A program made the position numbers and the translations under genes. A model generated the notes under the pieces. That model saw only the letters and a program-made list of their open reading frames with translations, made no database searches and was not told the origin of the DNA. A DNA stretch of 64,000 nt from Eledone cirrhosa (Eukaryota), in contig OZ024761.1 of assembly GCA_964016885.1 (NCBI GenBank), positions 3,596,001 to 3,660,000 on the forward strand, written 5' to 3'. Shown piece by piece: positions 58,722-64,000 of the stretch (its first letter is position 1; each line of letters opens with the position of its first letter).

Positions 58722-59664
58722 ATTAACACTTAGAATTTAATATTCTATCATACTATTTCATTATAATACCATTATATATATTTTAAAGGATTGTAAATAA
58801 AACGAGTAAATCAGACAAAGTTGGAATTCCTCTTATTAATATAATCTTCTATACACAATCATACACACCCGTGTATATTTACCTATCTATATATATATAC
58901 ATATGTATATACATACATATATACATATATGTATATACATATACATATATGTATATACATATACATACATATATATACATATACATACATATATACATAC
59001 ATATATACATATATGTATATACATACATATATACATACATATATACATATATGTATATACATATACATATATACATATACATACATACATACACACACAC
59101 ACATACATGCGTATATACACATACACATGCGTATATACACATATACATGCGTATATACACATATACATGCGTATATACACATATACATGCGTATATACAC
59201 ATATACATGCGTATATACACATATACATGCGTATATACACATATATATACATATATACACATATATATACACATATATATACATATATACATACGTATAT
59301 ACATATATGTATATATACAGATAAATCCACCAATTAATGGTAGGTTCTAAACCGTATGAAGAACTCAATGTAATCCGTATGTAGATGTTGTGAAGCAAAG
59401 TTTAAAATACAAAATTCTCAACGATATAATTCATTGGATACAGAGTCAAAAATACAAATAGTAAAACAATGAAATTAAACTACCCCATAGAAACGATCGT
59501 AAAATAATGAGTTTTACTATGAATTAACTTGTTTAATTTCATTGTTTTACTATTTGTATATGTATATATTTATATATATATACATATATATATAGTTTTG
59601 CGATATATAAACAGACTAAATAAAGATGGCGTAGAAAATACAATGCAACGGGAGGAAACAATAG

Positions 59665-59708
59665 CACCACTGACGATGTTGCAGATGTGCAACGAAAGAA
59701 CTTTGATA
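59665..59708 (+). ncRNA. Hammerhead-like motif (family G)
   Basis: cacca CTGACGA T GTTGCA-GATG-TGCAAC GAAA G-AA-C TT tgata: perfect 6-bp stem II, degenerate stem I. Confidence 0.6.
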
Positions 59709-60280
59709 AACTATCTATATGTGTTTGTGTCTATATTGTATCTGTATTATTTTTTACCGTCGGTCAGTCAATGGCAACATTGAGGACCGAATAAATTAGA
59801 TTACCGATATAAAAGACACAGAAGCGAAAAGCGAAAACCAACCAAACAGTGAGTGTGTTCTGTTATTAATTCTGGCAATATTACACAAATATGACCCTCC
59901 CCAAGTATAACCATATATATTTATACATATACATTTATGTACATACATACATACATACATAAAAGGATAAAGATCCCCTAACTCCTTGTGGAGTCGTAGA
60001 GGCACCATAAGGTCTGAACACAGCCAATTTTTCTATAGAGGAAGAATAGACCCCAGTACTGGACTGGTACTGTTTTTATCGACCTCAAAAGGATAAAAGA
60101 GAAAGTTGACCATGGCGGGATTTGAGCTGAGTGCACAAAGAGGTTAAGCATTCTATCTGACGTCTTAACAACTCTGCCAATTTGCCACCTTATATACATA
60201 TATACACATACATATATATTTTATTAAGGCTAACTAGTGAGCCTTATTATCCTGGAGTTTTGCCTGTTTATCACAAAAGC

Positions 60281-60335
60281 TCTTGACTGATGAGCCTGTG
60301 GTAAACAGGCGAAACTCCACAGAAACAAGACTCAC
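60281..60335 (+). ncRNA. Hammerhead-like core (family D)
   Basis: CTGATGA GCCTGT-GGTAA-ACAGGC GAAA ctc; stem III and the cleavage site are not resolved. Confidence 0.55.
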
Positions 60336-60460
60336 TAGTTAGCCATAATAAAATATTAAAACTCTACTTTGGTATTGACTACTCTTTTCTCTCAGCTGTC
60401 AACCACGTGTGTCTATGTATGTGCATGTATGTGTGTGTGTATATATATATATATATATAC

Positions 60461-60910
60461 AGGAGAGGAGGTTACGTTGGTATGGACATGTGATGCGTAT
60501 GACGGATGCATAAAAAGGTGCAGAGCACTAGAAGTCGATGAAAGCCGCGGAGTGGGGAGACCTGGGATGAGGTGATAAAGGCCGACCTTACCCAATTACA
60601 CCTCTCAAAAGCGATGATGATACACGACCGTGACTTCTGGCGTCACACAGTAATACAGAAGACCCGACCACCCACGGGAACAAGCCGAAGCTGAAGCATA
60701 TAGACAATATGCCTCCACACCCTCCCACTGCAAAGTGGTCGTGGAGGTGCCACAGCAAAAAAGCACCCAGCACTCACTGTAAATGAGGTTGGTGTTAGGA
60801 AGGGCATCCAGCTATGATCAAGGCATTGTCAGCTGACCAGACACTGCCCACAACAGGATAACCTGTCTAACCCATCCTAGCATGGAAGAACGGACATAAA
60901 ACCATGATGA
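60461..60910 (+). mobile_element. RTE LINE 3' fragment
   Basis: High similarity to 20190-20720 (ggttacgttggtatggacatgtgatgcgtatg...cggacataaaaccatgatga). Confidence 0.85.
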
Positions 60911-60912
60911 CA

Positions 60913-61190
60913 CTAGACCACTCGTGACCCAACAGGTCACATTCACTTAAAAATGTTTTTTTTTAAATCTACTCTCACACACCATTATCTCTTTCTCTCC
61001 ATTTATGAAGGTACCCGGAAAAACCCCGTATCTCGAGAACCAATGCTCCGATTTATGTGAAATTTGTTTTATTCCATTTGTATGCCTATTTCAGGGAAAA
61101 CTTCCTTTCAAAGTATTTTCCCATTATGCCGCTTTTTAGCTGTATTAAATAACAGACAAACAGACAAGCACACAATCACAGTTTTAGTAG
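60913..61190 (-). mobile_element. Short Helitron-like element
   Basis: a|ctag, then hairpin gtgacc-caaca-ggtcac. An (acag)-type microsatellite lies near the other end. Confidence 0.5.
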
Positions 61191-61800
61191 TGTGTGTGCG
61201 TGTAAAATTAATAAAGAAATAGCTTCTATTAATATATGTCCTGTAGCAGCCATTTCTATATTAAATTTGTATATACTCTACTAATGTATTGAGTACTTAA
61301 TTTACAGTGGTTACCCCCAATTGAACCCAGTACTCACACACATATATATATATAGTAAATATCTTAGAATATTATTGTAATTTATAATGTGTCTAAAAAT
61401 CACAACTGGTTCGATATAATCGGTTTCTTCAGAGCTTTCTCAACAGAGGATTACACACAGCAGTGTCAGCAGACGTAAATTGTATAGAATGATGTCTAAA
61501 TAAGTACGTATGTCATCAGAAAATAGAAATTAATGAAAGAAAACATTTGGAGTTGTGTAAGTAGCACAGTGTGTCTACTACAACTCACTCAAAACACAGT
61601 CTCTGCTACTTACTAATACACTCAAATCTTGATTTTCTTTCATTAAATATATCATCATCATCATAATATACATATACATATATAATATACATTATTATTA
61701 AGTATATATATATTTATATATATACATTATTATTAACATCATCGATTAACATCCATGATGATGATATATCATATATATATAATATTCATTATTATTAAGG

Positions 61801-61842
<42 letters not shown>

Positions 61843-61854
61843 CATTATTATTAT

Positions 61855-62040
61855 GGATTGGTAGTATCGGTAGAAGGTCGGACGCCATGCTTTTCAGCAT
61901 AGAGTTACGGCCCTTTACAGTCTAAGTTCAATTCCTGCCGAGGTCAACTTTGCCTTTCATCCTTATGGGGTCGATAAAATAAAGTACCAGTAATGCACTG
62001 GATATTGCTAGCCTTGTGCCAAATGTAGAAACAATTATTA
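61855..62040 (+). mobile_element. Meta/MESC-core SINE
   Basis: Near-identical to 29580-29770. Confidence 0.85.
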
Positions 62041-62948
62041 TTAAGAATATATATTTATATATATATACATACATATATATATTTATATATATACATATAT
62101 ATATGCCCATGGAATAATAATTCGGAATTAGTGTAGAAATGTGTTAATAAATTGGATAAACTGACTGTGTATAACTGGCAGACAGAGAGAGAGAGACGAG
62201 ACAGACGAGAGAGGAGAGAGAGAGGAGAGAGAGAGGAGAGACGAGAGGAGAGAGGAGAGACGAGAGGAGAGAGGAGAGAGAGAGGAGAGAGAGAGGAGAG
62301 ACGAGAGGAGAGAGCAATCTAATCTTGTGTGTTCTTGGGAATTAATGTTACAACATCCACATATTTTACTATCTTACCTATAAGTACACCATACACACAT
62401 AATATCTGTGTACTCAATACCAAAGTAGAGTTTAAATATCCTTTATTATGGCTATGAGGAACAAGACTAATCACTGAACCAGAACACAGACTGAATGAGT
62501 TGGGGTGTATAACCCAACGAAACTTAAGCACTTATGTCACTGTTGAAACGAATATATACATACATATATAAATGTAATCTGAGTTTTTCGAATATTAATA
62601 ATAACATTCGATTCGTTTGCAATTATGCAAACAAGCCTCAATTTTATAGCCATGTCAGTGCCAACACAAGAACAAGAATGAAGTGTTCATTCTACTGACA
62701 TGGCTATCAAATTGAGGCTTGTTTGCATAATTGCAAACGAATCGAATGTTATTATTAATATTCGAAAAACTCAGATTACATTTATTGTATTCAGCCATGT
62801 AGAGCAAACATTTTCTGTTTTAAATACATATATAAATATTTACAAACATATATAAATATAGTTTCCATTTATTAATATCATTGATATATATATATATATC
62901 AATGATATTAATAAATGGAAACTATATTTATATTTATAAAACCATATT

Positions 62949-63009
62949 TATTCTATTATATATATTTCAAGGGTACCAAAACTTTGGTACGTTCTCATCA
63001 GATAAAATA
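62949..63009 (-). ncRNA. Type-I hammerhead ribozyme (family F)
   Basis: TATTTTAT CTGATGA GAAC-GTACCAAA-GT-TTTGGTAC-CCTT GAAA T-ATAT-A TA ATAGAATA: 8-bp stem I with one G.U, AUA cleavage triplet. Confidence 0.7.
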
Positions 63010-63708
63010 CAAAGTTTGTTTTATAAATATTGACATATCCAGGAATGAGACCTTAACGGTTCCAGCTTTACCTGGATAGTAAAAGGAAAGAGAAGAAAGA
63101 GAGGAAAAAAACAAATATTTCAAATTATTTCAAATTATTTAGATGAATATGCAAATGAGGTTGAGGCGTAGGGCTGAAAAAAATGTTATTTTTTAGATGC
63201 TAGGTAGATTTAAATAATTATTAGGATATATATAAGAAGAAAGTATATATAAGAATAATTATTAGGATATATATAAGAAGAAAGAAAAGCTTGTATTTAT
63301 ATTATTATAATGTACGTGAATTTAAAAAGATTGAAACATTAAGAATTAAAAGTTTGCTGGAATGGTGGAATATGATTCCAGAATTTAAAAAATATTTAGC
63401 TAAATTATGATTAAATATACCTTTGCTTATATATATATATTTAATACATTAACATAGAAAGCTTTAAGCAAATATCCGACCGACTTCCGTCTCACTCAAC
63501 AAACATTAGGATATACCTTAGTATAATCCCAATTATACGTTTAGGGTGCTAACTATACGTATTTTGTGGATAGCATATATATATATATGAGGATGGAGAC
63601 AGTTTGAAACTGGTTAGACCATTACTCAACAGAGTACTTGATATTTTGGGTAGTAGAGAATGGTTATATAATAAAGAGTTGATAGCTGACTATATAATCT
63701 CTCTCTCA

Positions 63709-63739
<31 letters not shown>

Positions 63740-64000
63740 CCACACACATAACCAGTTATCTCCCTCTCCACTACATGTAGGTCTTAAGAGGAAGTAGAAT
63801 GCAAAGCTAAAGAGCCACACCCATGTCACACCATAACAGCAGCATCGTGCCTATAAATACTCCAACACAACCAACAGTATTTCATCACACACCAACAGTT
63901 TATTATCTCACTACATCCACTTTGATTCAGTCTCTGCCACGAAACACACACGCACAGTGTGCGTCGTGACATAGAAAGAAAGAATGAATGAATGAATGAA

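Noticed and set aside
61405-61450. Minus-strand CTGTTGA...GAAA
   Set aside because: Core mismatch and no stem II pairing.

Overview
AT-rich, repeat-saturated eukaryotic DNA. The SINE, LINE and microsatellite content suggests an octopod cephalopod (inference). The only recognisable host gene is the 5' part of LIS1/PAFAH1B1 on the minus strand: a probable non-coding exon 1 and promoter at about 53.7-53.8 kb (CRE and ETS sites), an ATG exon at 40500-40724 (MVLSQRQREEL), a 39-kb intron, and the LisH exon at 1296-1374. The introns and flank hold an apparently intact RTE-clade LINE with a PHD finger inside its RT region, several decayed RTE, CR1-like and Tx1-like fragments, a decayed DD37D/maT Tc1-mariner element, Helitron-like and piggyBac-like MITEs, two tRNA-derived SINE families, many minisatellites (several grown from SINE or LINE sub-sequences) and multi-kb (TA/CA)n tracts. 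The long Tyr/Ile ORFs in the track are microsatellite artefacts. The most striking unexplained signal is a set of at least 8 sequence-unrelated families of short (100-500 bp) non-coding elements. They sit in (TA)n tracts and carry type-I hammerhead ribozyme cores (CTGANGA...GAAA...NTH), some complete and some truncated. Several have a fold-back layout: an inverted arm, a direct arm and an unpaired tail, often with the inversion point at or inside the ribozyme. This resembles Penelope-like element pLTR remnants or retrozymes.
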